DNA from: Candidatus Methylomirabilia bacterium
GTDB lineage: Bacteria; Methylomirabilota; Methylomirabilia; Rokubacteriales; CSP1-6
Assembly: GCA_041492755.1 (NCBI GenBank)
Contig: JBGPXN010000082.1
Span: forward strand, 1-19,907
Reading direction: 5' to 3'
Length of the DNA: 19,907 bases
The translations under genes were made by a program, and so were the position numbers. Within the stretch, counting starts at the first letter, position 1, and each line of letters opens with the position of its first letter. A model generated the notes under the pieces. It made no database searches. It saw only the letters and a list, made by a program, of their open reading frames with translations, and had not been told where the DNA came from. This document shows, one piece after another, positions 7,683 through 16,093 of the stretch.

Positions 7683-9242
7683 TCAGTTCTTCTTGAGCCG
7701 CACATACTCCAGAGGCGCCGACCACGGATAGGGATTGATCAGCATGAGCGCGGGCTCGGCCACTCTCGGGCCGATCCCGCTCGGCCAGATGTATTCCCAG
7801 ATGGGCGCGAACCGCACGCGCTCGTGCAGGATCTGCTGGATCTGGTGGAGCAGCGCCTCCCGCTTGCGCCGGTCGGGCTCGACCGCCTGCTGCCGGTAGA
7901 GCGCGTCGACATCCGGATAGCCGCCGTAGGCGTACGCGCCATCCGTCGGCACGATCTCCGACATGCGCGTGGCGGCGTTGCCGTAGAGCGCGCTGGCGCA
8001 CACACAGACCCCGCGCAGCTTCTTGGTCGCCCACATCGAGAAGAAGGCCGCGCGTTCCATCGGCCGCATCCGGAGCTTGATCCCCACCGCCCCCAGATAG
8101 TTCACGATCGTCTCGCCCATCGAGAAGTAGGGGGGGACCTGATGAAGCTCCCCGGCATCGAAGCCGTTGGGGTAACCCGCCTCGGCCAGCAACTGCTTCG
8201 CCTTCACCGGATCGTAGGGATGAGGCTCGATGGAGAGCGCGAACTCGAAGGCGCGGGGGATGATGCCTCCCGTCGGCTTGGAGGCTCCCAACGTCTCCGC
8301 CTCGCTGAGCGCGCGGCGGTCGACGGCGTGGCTGGCCGCGAGCCGCACTCGCCGGTCATGCCAGGGGGACTTGGGATCCCACTGGTCGAAGAAATCCATG
8401 AAGAACACCCCGATCCCCCCGGAAAATGACAGCCTGAGGTTGGGATCCCGCTTGAGCTCCAGCGCCTGCGGGGCATCCAGGAGGTAGGCGACGTCGACTT
8501 CCCCCCGCTTGAGCATGGCCGCCCGCGTGGTAGCCTCCGGGACGCTCTTGAAGACGAGCCGCTTCACGGACGGCATCTTGCGCCAGTAGCTCTCGTTCGC
8601 CTCCATCACCAGCTCGATGCCGGGCGTGTGGCTCACGAACTTGTAGGGCCCGAGACCGACGGGGTACTTCTTGAACCCTTCATTGCCGACCTGCTCGACG
8701 TACTTCTTGGGCACGACCCAGGCCGCTCCGGTGGCCAGAGTCCCGTAGAAGGCCATGAAGTCGGGAAAGGGCTCGTGCAGATGGAAGCGCACCCGGTAGG
8801 GATCGACGATCGTGATCTCCCGGACCTTCTCGCGGAGGATCTTGCCTCCCTTGAGACGCTGAAAGCTGAACTTCACGTCCTCGGCGGTGAAGGGGTCGCC
8901 GTTGTGAAAGCGGACCCCCTCGCGCAGCTTGAACTCGTACACGCGCTGATCCGCGCTCACCGTCCACGACTCCGCCAGGCTGGGGGCCAAGAGGTTGCCC
9001 GGCATGGGCTTCACGAGCGCGTCGTGGATCGCGTAGAGCACCCAGAACGGCGTGATGAGGCCCAGCGTCTCGCCGGGATCGAACCACTGGGGCGACAGCG
9101 TCACGTAGAGCGCCCATCGCATCTCGCCCTCGGGCCTGGGCTGGGCCGTCGCTTCCTGGAACGGACCACCCACGAGCAGAGCGCTGAACACGCCGGCAAC
9201 GGCCAACCCGAACCACCGCGTGAGACTCCGCGTGCCGTTCAT
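7683..9242 (-). CDS. ABC transporter substrate-binding protein, family 5 (peptide/nickel type)
   Basis: PSLAESW, FKLREGVRFHNGDPFTAEDVKFS, GLGPYKF and LLAEAGYPNGF motifs; signal peptide; GGAGG RBS. Confidence 0.94.
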   Translation of the reverse strand: MNGTRSLTRWFGLAVAGVFSALLVGGPFQEATAQPRPEGEMRWALYVTLSPQWFDPGETLGLITPFWVLYAIHDALVKPMPGNLLAPSLAESWTVSADQRVYEFKLREGVRFHNGDPFTAEDVKFSFQRLKGGKILREKVREITIVDPYRVRFHLHEPFPDFMAFYGTLATGAAWVVPKKYVEQVGNEGFKKYPVGLGPYKFVSHTPGIELVMEANESYWRKMPSVKRLVFKSVPEATTRAAMLKRGEVDVAYLLDAPQALELKRDPNLRLSFSGGIGVFFMDFFDQWDPKSPWHDRRVRLAASHAVDRRALSEAETLGASKPTGGIIPRAFEFALSIEPHPYDPVKAKQLLAEAGYPNGFDAGELHQVPPYFSMGETIVNYLGAVGIKLRMRPMERAAFFSMWATKKLRGVCVCASALYGNAATRMSEIVPTDGAYAYGGYPDVDALYRQQAVEPDRRKREALLHQIQQILHERVRFAPIWEYIWPSGIGPRVAEPALMLINPYPWSAPLEYVRLKKN

Positions 9243-9320
9243 CGTCTTCCCTCCGTGACGCTCGTGAGCGAGCCCGAACCGGGCGAACGTGAACCCTCGT
9301 CTGTCATTCCCAGGGAGGCG

Positions 9321-9395
9321 TCATCGCGCCGGAGGCGCGCGCAGGCTCGGGAGCGGAAGCGGAACGCAGCAGGAGGAGAGCGGACGGAACTGCAT
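9321..9395 (-). CDS. Putative 24-aa leader peptide MQFRPLSSCCVPLPLPSLRAPPAR
   Basis: ATG preceded by GGAGACGAGG; lies between a good promoter and the binding-protein start. Confidence 0.3.
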   Translation of the reverse strand: MQFRPLSSCCVPLPLPSLRAPPAR

Positions 9396-9441
9396 CCTCG
9401 TCTCCACGCCGGGAGGGCGATACCGTCAGGCCGGTGCGCGG

Positions 9442-9470
9442 ACGATAGCTCCAAGGGACGGCACCGTCAA
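9442..9470 (-). promoter_or_regulatory. Putative sigma70 promoter TTGACG-N17-TATCGT
   Basis: Near-consensus hexamers with 17-nt spacing, upstream of the family-5 binding protein. Confidence 0.6.
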
Positions 9471-9528
9471 TGGCGGGCACCGGCCCGGGCGGGGATGGGT
9501 CAGTTGGACGTGGAGAGCGCCGGGTGGA

Positions 9529-11433
9529 TCAGCCGCGCCGGGCCACGGGCAGCTTCGGCGACACTTCGATTTTTGCCCTGGAGCGGGCGGCGGTGACCCA
9601 GGCCTGCCAGGCCTGGGTCTGCTTGCGGGACAAGAGCTCCTGGGAGATCTTCTCGCGCTCCTGCGACAGCGTCCCGAGATCGGGCGGCACGCGCTCGAGG
9701 ACCTTGAGCACGTAGTACCCCTGCGGGGTCTTCACCGGGTCGGTGACGGTCCCGGGCACGCCGCCGAGGGCGGCGAGCTGTACGTCGCCAGGGAGCTTTT
9801 CGGCTGGCTTCGCGCGCGAGAAGCGCCCCGTCTCGCCGGTGCTCGCGCCGGCCTTCCTGGCGGCCGCCGCGACGTCGACGCTCTTCGCGTCGCCCGTGAC
9901 CTGCCGGGCGCGCTCGAGCGCGAGCGCGTCCGCCTTCTCGCGCTTGATGGCGGCCACGACCTTGCCCTTGATCTCGGCCATCGGCGGCACGCCGGGCGGA
10001 ATGGACTCGACGTTCTTCAGCACCATCCACCCCGCGGGTGACTTCACCGGCACCGAGACGCCGCCGACGGAGAGCGCGAAGGCGTTCTCCTCGATGGGAT
10101 CGGGCGGGGCGAACGGGTTGCCGCCGCCGCTTCGCCGCGCGATCTTCGCCTCGACCGGCGTGAGCCCGAAGGTCCTGGCCTCGGCGTTGAAATCGGCCGC
10201 GGCTTGCAGCTTCACACGGACCTCGTCGGCGCGCGCCTTGCCCACGCGGTCCGCGGCTTCGGTCTGCAGCCGCTCGCTGATCGGCCCGGCGACGTCCTTC
10301 AGCAGCTTCTTGCCGCCCTCGCGGACGTCACCGGCCTTGATAGCGTGGAAGCCGAAGGGCGAGCGCACCGGCTCGGCGGTGAGCTCGCCCTTCTTGAGCG
10401 CGAACAGCGCCTGCTCGAACTGCGGGACCATCTCGCCCTTCTTGACGAACCCCAGGTCGCCGCCGTTCTTGGCGGAGCCCGGATCCTCGCTGATCTCCCG
10501 GGCCAGCTTGGCGAAGTCCTCGCCCGCCTTCGCCCGCTTGATCACGTCGGCCACCTTCGCCCGCGCCTTGTCCTCGGCCTCGCTGCCCCCGGTCTCGCCG
10601 ACCCGTACCAGCACGTGGGCGGCCTGTACCTCGCGCGGCGTCTCGAACTCGGCCCCGTGCTCGGAATAGTACTTCTCGACCTCGGCGTCGGTCACCGGCT
10701 TGGTGAAATCGCGCGGGCTCACGACGACATACTGCACGCGGCGGCGCTCCGGCTCGCGGAACTCCGCTTGGTGGCCCTTGACGTAGGTCTCGAGCTCTTC
10801 GTCGGGCACGTTGATGCCCGCCATGATCGGAGCGAGGTCGACCAGCGCCCACGCCGCCTTCACTTCGGTGCGGGTGTGGACGAACGCCTGCTCGATCTCG
10901 GCGTCCGAGACCTTGATCCCGTTGCGCACCATCGACTCCGTCTTCATGCGGGTGAGCCGGCGCCGCGCGTCTTCCTCGAAGGCGGTCTTGGTGAGGCCGA
11001 TGCGACGCAGGACGTCCTCGTAGCGCTTCAGCGAGAAGCGCCCGCCCTCCTGGAAGGCCGGGATCGCGTGGATCTGGGCGTTGAGCTCCTCGTCGCTGAC
11101 GTCGAGCCGCTCCGCGCGCGCGCGCTGCACCACCACCGCTTCCTGCACGAGGTCGTCCACGACCTGCTGGCCGAGGCCCAGGCGCTCGACCATTTCCGGT
11201 GTGAAGCGGTCGCGGAACATCTGAGCGTACATCTCGAGGAATTCCCGGTACCGGCGCTGGTAGCGCTCGGTCGGAATGGTCTCGCCGTTGACCTTCGCCA
11301 CCATGTCGCCGTTGCCTTCGCCGCGCAGGCTGTTGGCCCCGAACACGAAGACGGAGGTGGCCACGAACGCCGCGATGACGAATAGCAGGCCGATCTGCAG
11401 CGTTCTTCGGTATCGACGCATGAGCGAGATCAT
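9529..11433 (-). CDS. ppiD: Membrane-anchored parvulin-type peptidyl-prolyl isomerase/chaperone (PpiD/SurA family)
   Basis: N-terminal TM, SurA-N-like VAKVNGETI, and rotamase domain HVLV...FAKLAREISEDPGSAKNGGDLGF...MVPQFEQALF...SPFGFH. About 634 aa from ATG 11433, with AAGGAG upstream. Confidence 0.88.
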   Translation of the reverse strand: MISLMRRYRRTLQIGLLFVIAAFVATSVFVFGANSLRGEGNGDMVAKVNGETIPTERYQRRYREFLEMYAQMFRDRFTPEMVERLGLGQQVVDDLVQEAVVVQRARAERLDVSDEELNAQIHAIPAFQEGGRFSLKRYEDVLRRIGLTKTAFEEDARRRLTRMKTESMVRNGIKVSDAEIEQAFVHTRTEVKAAWALVDLAPIMAGINVPDEELETYVKGHQAEFREPERRRVQYVVVSPRDFTKPVTDAEVEKYYSEHGAEFETPREVQAAHVLVRVGETGGSEAEDKARAKVADVIKRAKAGEDFAKLAREISEDPGSAKNGGDLGFVKKGEMVPQFEQALFALKKGELTAEPVRSPFGFHAIKAGDVREGGKKLLKDVAGPISERLQTEAADRVGKARADEVRVKLQAAADFNAEARTFGLTPVEAKIARRSGGGNPFAPPDPIEENAFALSVGGVSVPVKSPAGWMVLKNVESIPPGVPPMAEIKGKVVAAIKREKADALALERARQVTGDAKSVDVAAAARKAGASTGETGRFSRAKPAEKLPGDVQLAALGGVPGTVTDPVKTPQGYYVLKVLERVPPDLGTLSQEREKISQELLSRKQTQAWQAWVTAARSRAKIEVSPKLPVARRG

Positions 11434-11449
11434 TTGATGGTTTAACTCC

Positions 11450-11523
11450 TTTGGGGGGCCACGAAATGGCCCCCAAACCCCCATCGCTCGGAAGCGCCTC
11501 GGGGGACCCGAGGCGCTCCTCGG
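11450..11523 (+). repeat. REP-like two-hairpin repeat, family B
   Basis: Hairpin tttggggggcca-cgaaa-tggcccccaaa, then agcgcctcggg-gga-cccgaggcgct; homologous to 7599-7673 in the opposite orientation. Confidence 0.75.
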
Positions 11524-11544
11524 TTACGGTCGTCGCCTGTCGTG

Positions 11545-12381
11545 TTACTCACCGGTCTCGCGCTCGCCTACCCGTGGGGCGCGCGCGCCGCTCTCGGGCA
11601 CGATGCGCCGTGCCACCGTGATGAACCCGGTGTGAGCGACCATGCGGTGGAACGGGCGCACGGACTGGCCTTCGATGTTCCAGGGCCGGAGCAGCGTTTC
11701 GAACGTCTCCACCAGGGCCCAGTGCGGCTCGCGATGGAGCGCTTCCGAGAGCTGGTGCGACTGGATGATGGTCGGCAGGTAGGACAGGAAGATGCCGCCC
11801 GGGCGAAGCGCGCTCGCCACCAGCGCGGTCAGCTTCCACGGCTCGGGCAGGTCGAAGAGCAGGCGATCCACCGGCTCCTCCTCCCCGATCCCCTCCTCCA
11901 CCGGCCTCAGCCGCACGACGAGATTGTCCACCTCGCCCATGCGCATGTGAATGTTGGCCAGAGCGCGGCGCGCGAACTCGTCGCGCTGCTCGTAGGTGAT
12001 GACGCGTCCTTCCGGACCGACGGCCCGCAGCAGCGCGAGGGTGAGCGCGCCGGACCCGGTGCCCGCCTCCAGCACGCGGCACCCGGGGTAGATGTCGGCC
12101 CAGAACAGGATCATGGCCAGGTCTTTGGGATAGATGACCTGTGCGCCCCGCGGCATCTCGAGGACGTAGTCGGCGAGCGTCGGGCGGAGCGCAAGGTAGC
12201 GAATGCCGAGCGAGCTGCGGATCCAGCTCCCTTCCGGCTGCGCGATGACGCTGTCGTGGGCGATCCAGCCACGGTCGGAGTGGAACGTGTCGGCCTTGCG
12301 CAGAAAGATGAGGTGGCGCTTGCCGCGCTGGTCGATCAGGAGCACCTGCTCGCCGTCCTGGAACGGCAGGACTTCGGTCAC
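11545..12381 (-). CDS. trmI: tRNA (adenine(58)-N1)-methyltransferase
   Basis: MPRGAQVIYPKD, VLEAGTGSGALT, DLPEPW and RPFHRMVAHTGF motifs. GTG start at 12381 overlaps the upstream stop (GTGA). Confidence 0.92.
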   Translation of the reverse strand: MTEVLPFQDGEQVLLIDQRGKRHLIFLRKADTFHSDRGWIAHDSVIAQPEGSWIRSSLGIRYLALRPTLADYVLEMPRGAQVIYPKDLAMILFWADIYPGCRVLEAGTGSGALTLALLRAVGPEGRVITYEQRDEFARRALANIHMRMGEVDNLVVRLRPVEEGIGEEEPVDRLLFDLPEPWKLTALVASALRPGGIFLSYLPTIIQSHQLSEALHREPHWALVETFETLLRPWNIEGQSVRPFHRMVAHTGFITVARRIVPESGARAPRVGERETGE

Positions 12382-12704
12382 GCGCGCTCCCGTGGCGCCG
12401 GCAGAAAGCGCGCGGCCACGAACGCGGCCAGCGGCGTCAGCGCGCTGATCCACAGCGCGGCCGGCACGCCGTGACGGTCGGCCACCCAGCCCAGCACGGT
12501 GACGCCGAGACCGCCGGCGCCCATGGCGAAACCGACGATCAGCCCCGAGGCCATGCCGGGGCTGCGCGGCAAGTAGGAGTCGATCACGAAGTGACCGAGC
12601 GCGAGCAGCGCGATCAACCTGACGTTGGGACGGCTTCGCTCGGAGGTGTCGGTGAGGAGAACGGGCGCCGGCCCGGCAATGGTCGCCGGCTTGGAGTCAG
12701 CCAT
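12378..12704 (-). pseudogene. Fsr-like MFS transporter with large in-frame internal deletion (108-aa mini-gene)
   Basis: An N-terminal TM1-like segment LIALLALGHFVIDSY is joined directly to a C-terminal TM11-12-like segment LPRSPGMASGLIVGFAMGAGGLGVTVLGWVAD. Confidence 0.75.
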
Positions 12705-12712
12705 GACATCCA

Positions 12713-12722
12713 ATGGTACACT
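12713..12722. promoter_or_regulatory. Bidirectional promoter with overlapping -10 elements (minus TACCAT 12713-12718; plus TGn-TACACT 12717-12722)
   Basis: Only 27 bp separate the two divergent ATGs; each hexamer is 8-9 nt from its ATG. Confidence 0.5.
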
Positions 12723-12731
12723 AACCGCCCA

Positions 12732-13250
12732 ATGGAGACACCCGAGCCCGGGAGGCCTCTCCGCGTCCGCGAGCTCGGCCACGTCAGCTTGTTCGTCCGC
12801 GATCTCGAAGCCACCCGCCGCTTCTATCGCGACCTGCTGGGTCTGACCGAGACCGGCACCGGCAAGAACGGTCGCGTCGTGTTCTTCTCGGCCGGCGTCC
12901 ATCATCACGACGTGTCCTGCGAGCTGGCCCGGGCCGACGGGCCGGGCCCGCAACCCAAGGGTGTGCCCGGCCTCTATCACATCGCGTTCGACGTCGGCGT
13001 CTCGCGCGCCGATCTGGACGCCGCCCGCGCGCGGGTCCAGGCCCACGGGCTCGCCCCGTTCGGGGAAGGCGAGACGTACTTCTGCGTCCGCGATCCCGAC
13101 GGCCACGAGATCGAGCTCTACGTGGACGTCGAGAACCGTCTGGGCGATCAGGACACGGCGCGCGAGCGCCGCGGATCGGGGCGCACACGCCAGATGGAGA
13201 CGACGCCGGCGGCCAGCGCCGCCACCGCGAAGCCGAACGCCGGCAGATAG
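12732..13250 (+). CDS. VOC/glyoxalase-family protein
   Basis: LGHVSLFVRDLEATRRFYRDLLGL, HHD, GLYHIAF and RDPDGHEIEL motifs (His/His/Glu metal ligands). Confidence 0.9.
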   Translation: METPEPGRPLRVRELGHVSLFVRDLEATRRFYRDLLGLTETGTGKNGRVVFFSAGVHHHDVSCELARADGPGPQPKGVPGLYHIAFDVGVSRADLDAARARVQAHGLAPFGEGETYFCVRDPDGHEIELYVDVENRLGDQDTARERRGSGRTRQMETTPAASAATAKPNAGR

Positions 13251-14389
13251 CCGCCGGTCACGTCGAAGATCTTCCCGCCCGCCCACGCGCCCAGCGCTTC
13301 GCCCGCGCCCGTCGTGAGCCCCATCCAGCCGTAGATCGATCCGAACACCGGGCCAGCGAAGACGTCCGCGGAGCGCGCCGCGGTGACGATGCCGGTCGAG
13401 CCCTGCGACATTCCGTAGAACACCACGTACGCGACGAGCCACTGCGGCGAACCCGTGACGGCCACCATGCCGAGGCACGAGATCCCGATCGCGCAGCTCG
13501 TGTACATGATGGTGAGCGTCACCGCGCGGCCGATGCGGTCGCAAAGCAGGCCGGTGCTGACGCGGCCGATCAGGCTGACCAGGCTCACCGCGCCGAGCGC
13601 CGTCGCGGCCTGGGCCGGCGGCACGCCCTGGTCGATCGCATACGCGACCATGTGGACGTTCATGACCGTAAACGCGCACGCGCCGCCGAATCGCATGGCG
13701 TTGAGCCACCAGAAGGACGGAAAGCGCAGGGCCGCCCGCAGCGTCCACGCGTCGCGCTCGGGTGAGGACACCAGCGGAGCATCGGGGGCCGGCGGCGTGA
13801 CGGGCCGCGGCTCGGGCAGCGGCAGCCGCTGGAAGAGGTTCAAGGGAACGACGACCGCCACCAGCAGCGCCGCCCAGACCAGCAGGGTGCCGCGCCAGCC
13901 CAGCGCAGTGACGAGCACCTGGCCAAGCGGAATGAAGCAGAACGCGCCGAAGCCGGTGCCGACGTCGACGGCGGCGATGGCCCGGCCACGCGCCTGCGGA
14001 TACCAGAGGGTGGCCACGATCATGTTCGTCTGGCCGCCGATCGTCGCCAGGCCGAGGCTGGCCACAACCCCGTACGCCAGGGCGAGTCCGGTCAGCGAGT
14101 GCAGGCGGCTGGCGATCACGAGAGCGCCCGCGGCGACGAGGGCGCTGGCGGGAAACAGCCGGCGCGGACCGAGCCGGTCGAACGCCCAGCCGATGATCGG
14201 CCCGCTGAAGCCGAACATCGCGAGCGCCAGCGATTGCACCAGGGCCACGGCGGCGCGGGAGGCGCCGAACTCCTCGACGAGCGGCAGATACAGCACGGCG
14301 AACGACATGGCGATCCCGTTCTCGATGGCCAGCGTGATCGCCGCGATACCGAGCGACCGTGCCGCCCCGCGACGGTCGGGCGCGCTCAG
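13148..14389 (-). CDS. MFS transporter (OFA/MCT-like); start uncertain, possibly CTG 14389
   Basis: Motif A GWAFDRLGPRR and GLLCDRIGR; about 12 hydrophobic segments; GGKIFDVTGGY. Confidence 0.85.
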   Translation of the reverse strand: MSAPDRRGAARSLGIAAITLAIENGIAMSFAVLYLPLVEEFGASRAAVALVQSLALAMFGFSGPIIGWAFDRLGPRRLFPASALVAAGALVIASRLHSLTGLALAYGVVASLGLATIGGQTNMIVATLWYPQARGRAIAAVDVGTGFGAFCFIPLGQVLVTALGWRGTLLVWAALLVAVVVPLNLFQRLPLPEPRPVTPPAPDAPLVSSPERDAWTLRAALRFPSFWWLNAMRFGGACAFTVMNVHMVAYAIDQGVPPAQAATALGAVSLVSLIGRVSTGLLCDRIGRAVTLTIMYTSCAIGISCLGMVAVTGSPQWLVAYVVFYGMSQGSTGIVTAARSADVFAGPVFGSIYGWMGLTTGAGEALGAWAGGKIFDVTGGYLPAFGFAVAALAAGVVSIWRVRPDPRRSRAVS

Positions 14390-15207
14390 GTGACGCGCTT
14401 CCGCAGCCAGGCCGAGCCCGCTTCGGACGCGAGGACGACGGCGAGCACGATCACGAGGATCATGCCGACCCGGCTCCACTCGAGCCCGAGGATCGCCTCG
14501 TTGAGCGCGAAGCCGATGCCGCCGGCGCCGACGAGGCCGAGCACGGTCGATTCCCGCACGTTGATGTCCCACCGGTAGATGCAGACGCCCGCGAACACCG
14601 GGCGCACCTGCGGCACGATGGCGTAGAGCAGCGTGGTGCCCCAGCCGGCGCCGGTCGCGGCGACGGCCTCCACCTGTCCGCGGTCGATCTCCTCGATGCC
14701 CTCGGCCACCAGCTTGGACACGAAGCCGATGGAGCGCACGGCGACCGCGCACATGCCGGCCAGCGAGCCCGGCCCGACGATGATGATGAACAGCAGCGCC
14801 CAGATCAGCGTATCGACGGAGCGGCTGATCACCATGATCAGCCGGGCCAGCCCGTACGTCGCGGCGTTGAGCGTCGTGTTCCGGGCCGCGAGCAGCGCCA
14901 CCGGCAGCGACAGCACGATGGCGAGCGCGGTGCCGAGGGTCGCGATGTTGATGGTCTGCACGAGCGGCCCCACGAGCGCGGGCGCGAAGGACCACTCGGG
15001 CGGGAACATGCGGCCCATGAGATCGCCGATCTGGCTCGGCGCGTCGGCCACGTACTCCCACTGGATGCCGAGCCGCCCCAGCATCCAGGCGGCGAGCGCG
15101 GCCAGGCCGAGCTGCGCGACGGTGCGGATCGCCGTCGTCACCGGCGAGTGGCGCCGCCAGACGCGCGGCGTGGCCGGCGCGCGCGGTGGGGCCGGCGCCG
15201 GCGTCAC
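14386..15207 (-). CDS. phnE: Phosphonate-type ABC transporter permease, second copy
   Basis: AEGIEEIDRGQVEAVAATGA and WDINVRESTVLGLVGAGGIG motifs; GTGA overlap with the upstream phnE. Confidence 0.9.
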   Translation of the reverse strand: MTPAPAPPRAPATPRVWRRHSPVTTAIRTVAQLGLAALAAWMLGRLGIQWEYVADAPSQIGDLMGRMFPPEWSFAPALVGPLVQTINIATLGTALAIVLSLPVALLAARNTTLNAATYGLARLIMVISRSVDTLIWALLFIIIVGPGSLAGMCAVAVRSIGFVSKLVAEGIEEIDRGQVEAVAATGAGWGTTLLYAIVPQVRPVFAGVCIYRWDINVRESTVLGLVGAGGIGFALNEAILGLEWSRVGMILVIVLAVVLASEAGSAWLRKRVT

Positions 15208-16034
15208 TGGGCGCGCCGGCGCGCCACCGCGCTGACCGCCTCGCCGACGAGCACGATGGCCACGATGACGATGAGGATGGCGAGGGCGAAATCGTAGTCG
15301 TAACGCGCGAAGGCGTTGTAGAGGGTGGCGCCGATGCCGCCGGCCCCGACGATGCCGATGATCGTCGACTGGCGCAGATGGATGTCCCACTGGTAGATCG
15401 TGAGCCCGATGATCCGCGGCAAGACCTGGGGCAGCACGGCGTACAGGAGCACGCTGCCCGCGGACGCTCCCGTGGCCCGGACCGCCTCGATCTGCCCGCG
15501 ATCGATGATCTCGATCTGCTCGGCGAGCAGCTTCGAGAAGAAGCCGATCGAGTTGACCGTGAGGGTGAGGATGCCGGCGAGCGGGCCGAAGCCCACCGCC
15601 TTGACGAAGACGATGGCGACGATGAGCTCGTGGAACGTCCGCGCGAGCGTGATCGCGCCGCGGCCGCCGGCGTACACGGGCAGCGGCACCACCGTCCGTG
15701 CCGCCAGCACCGCGATCGGGATCCCGAGCAGGACACCGAAGAGCGTGGACAGCGTCGCCATCTCGATCGACTCGAGGATTCCCGAGACGAGCAGACCGCC
15801 CCGCGAGAAGTCGGGGGGGATCGCCTTCGCCATCACCGTGCCGGCGCGCGCGAGGCCACGGGCGATACGCTCGGGGTTGACGTCCAGGCTGACCGCGTTC
15901 CAGACGAGGAACGCGACCACGGCGATCCACACGAGCGGGCCAACCCACGGTCGCGGCCAGAGCGACGGCGGGCGCCACGCGCGATCGGCGACGGCGCTGG
16001 CAGCCACGCCGCCCGGGCCGCCGCTGGCGGTCAC
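15204..16034 (-). CDS. phnE: Phosphonate-type ABC transporter permease, first copy
   Basis: AEQIEIIDRGQIEAVRATGA and WDIHLRQSTIIGIVGAGGIG motifs; GGAGG upstream of GTG 16034. Confidence 0.9.
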   Translation of the reverse strand: MTASGGPGGVAASAVADRAWRPPSLWPRPWVGPLVWIAVVAFLVWNAVSLDVNPERIARGLARAGTVMAKAIPPDFSRGGLLVSGILESIEMATLSTLFGVLLGIPIAVLAARTVVPLPVYAGGRGAITLARTFHELIVAIVFVKAVGFGPLAGILTLTVNSIGFFSKLLAEQIEIIDRGQIEAVRATGASAGSVLLYAVLPQVLPRIIGLTIYQWDIHLRQSTIIGIVGAGGIGATLYNAFARYDYDFALAILIVIVAIVLVGEAVSAVARRRAQ

Positions 16035-16093
16035 CGCGCACCTCCGCACAGGCTCGGCGTCACCGGCGTGTTTCTCCCGGCCGGCGCCGTCAT
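16031..16093 (-). CDS. Putative 20-aa bridging mini-[23 protein letters not shown]
   Basis: ATGA overlap with the phnC stop and GTGA overlap with the phnE start. Confidence 0.3.
   Translation of the reverse strand: MTAPAGRNTPVTPSLCGGAR

Noticed and set aside
12378..13748. 456-aa ORF as a full MFS
   Set aside because: Only the last 108 aa are MFS-like; the upstream part overlaps the VOC gene and the other MFS.
13148..15736. 862-aa ORF as a single protein
   Set aside because: Only the part from ~14389 is MFS-like; the rest is an off-frame read of the two phnE genes.
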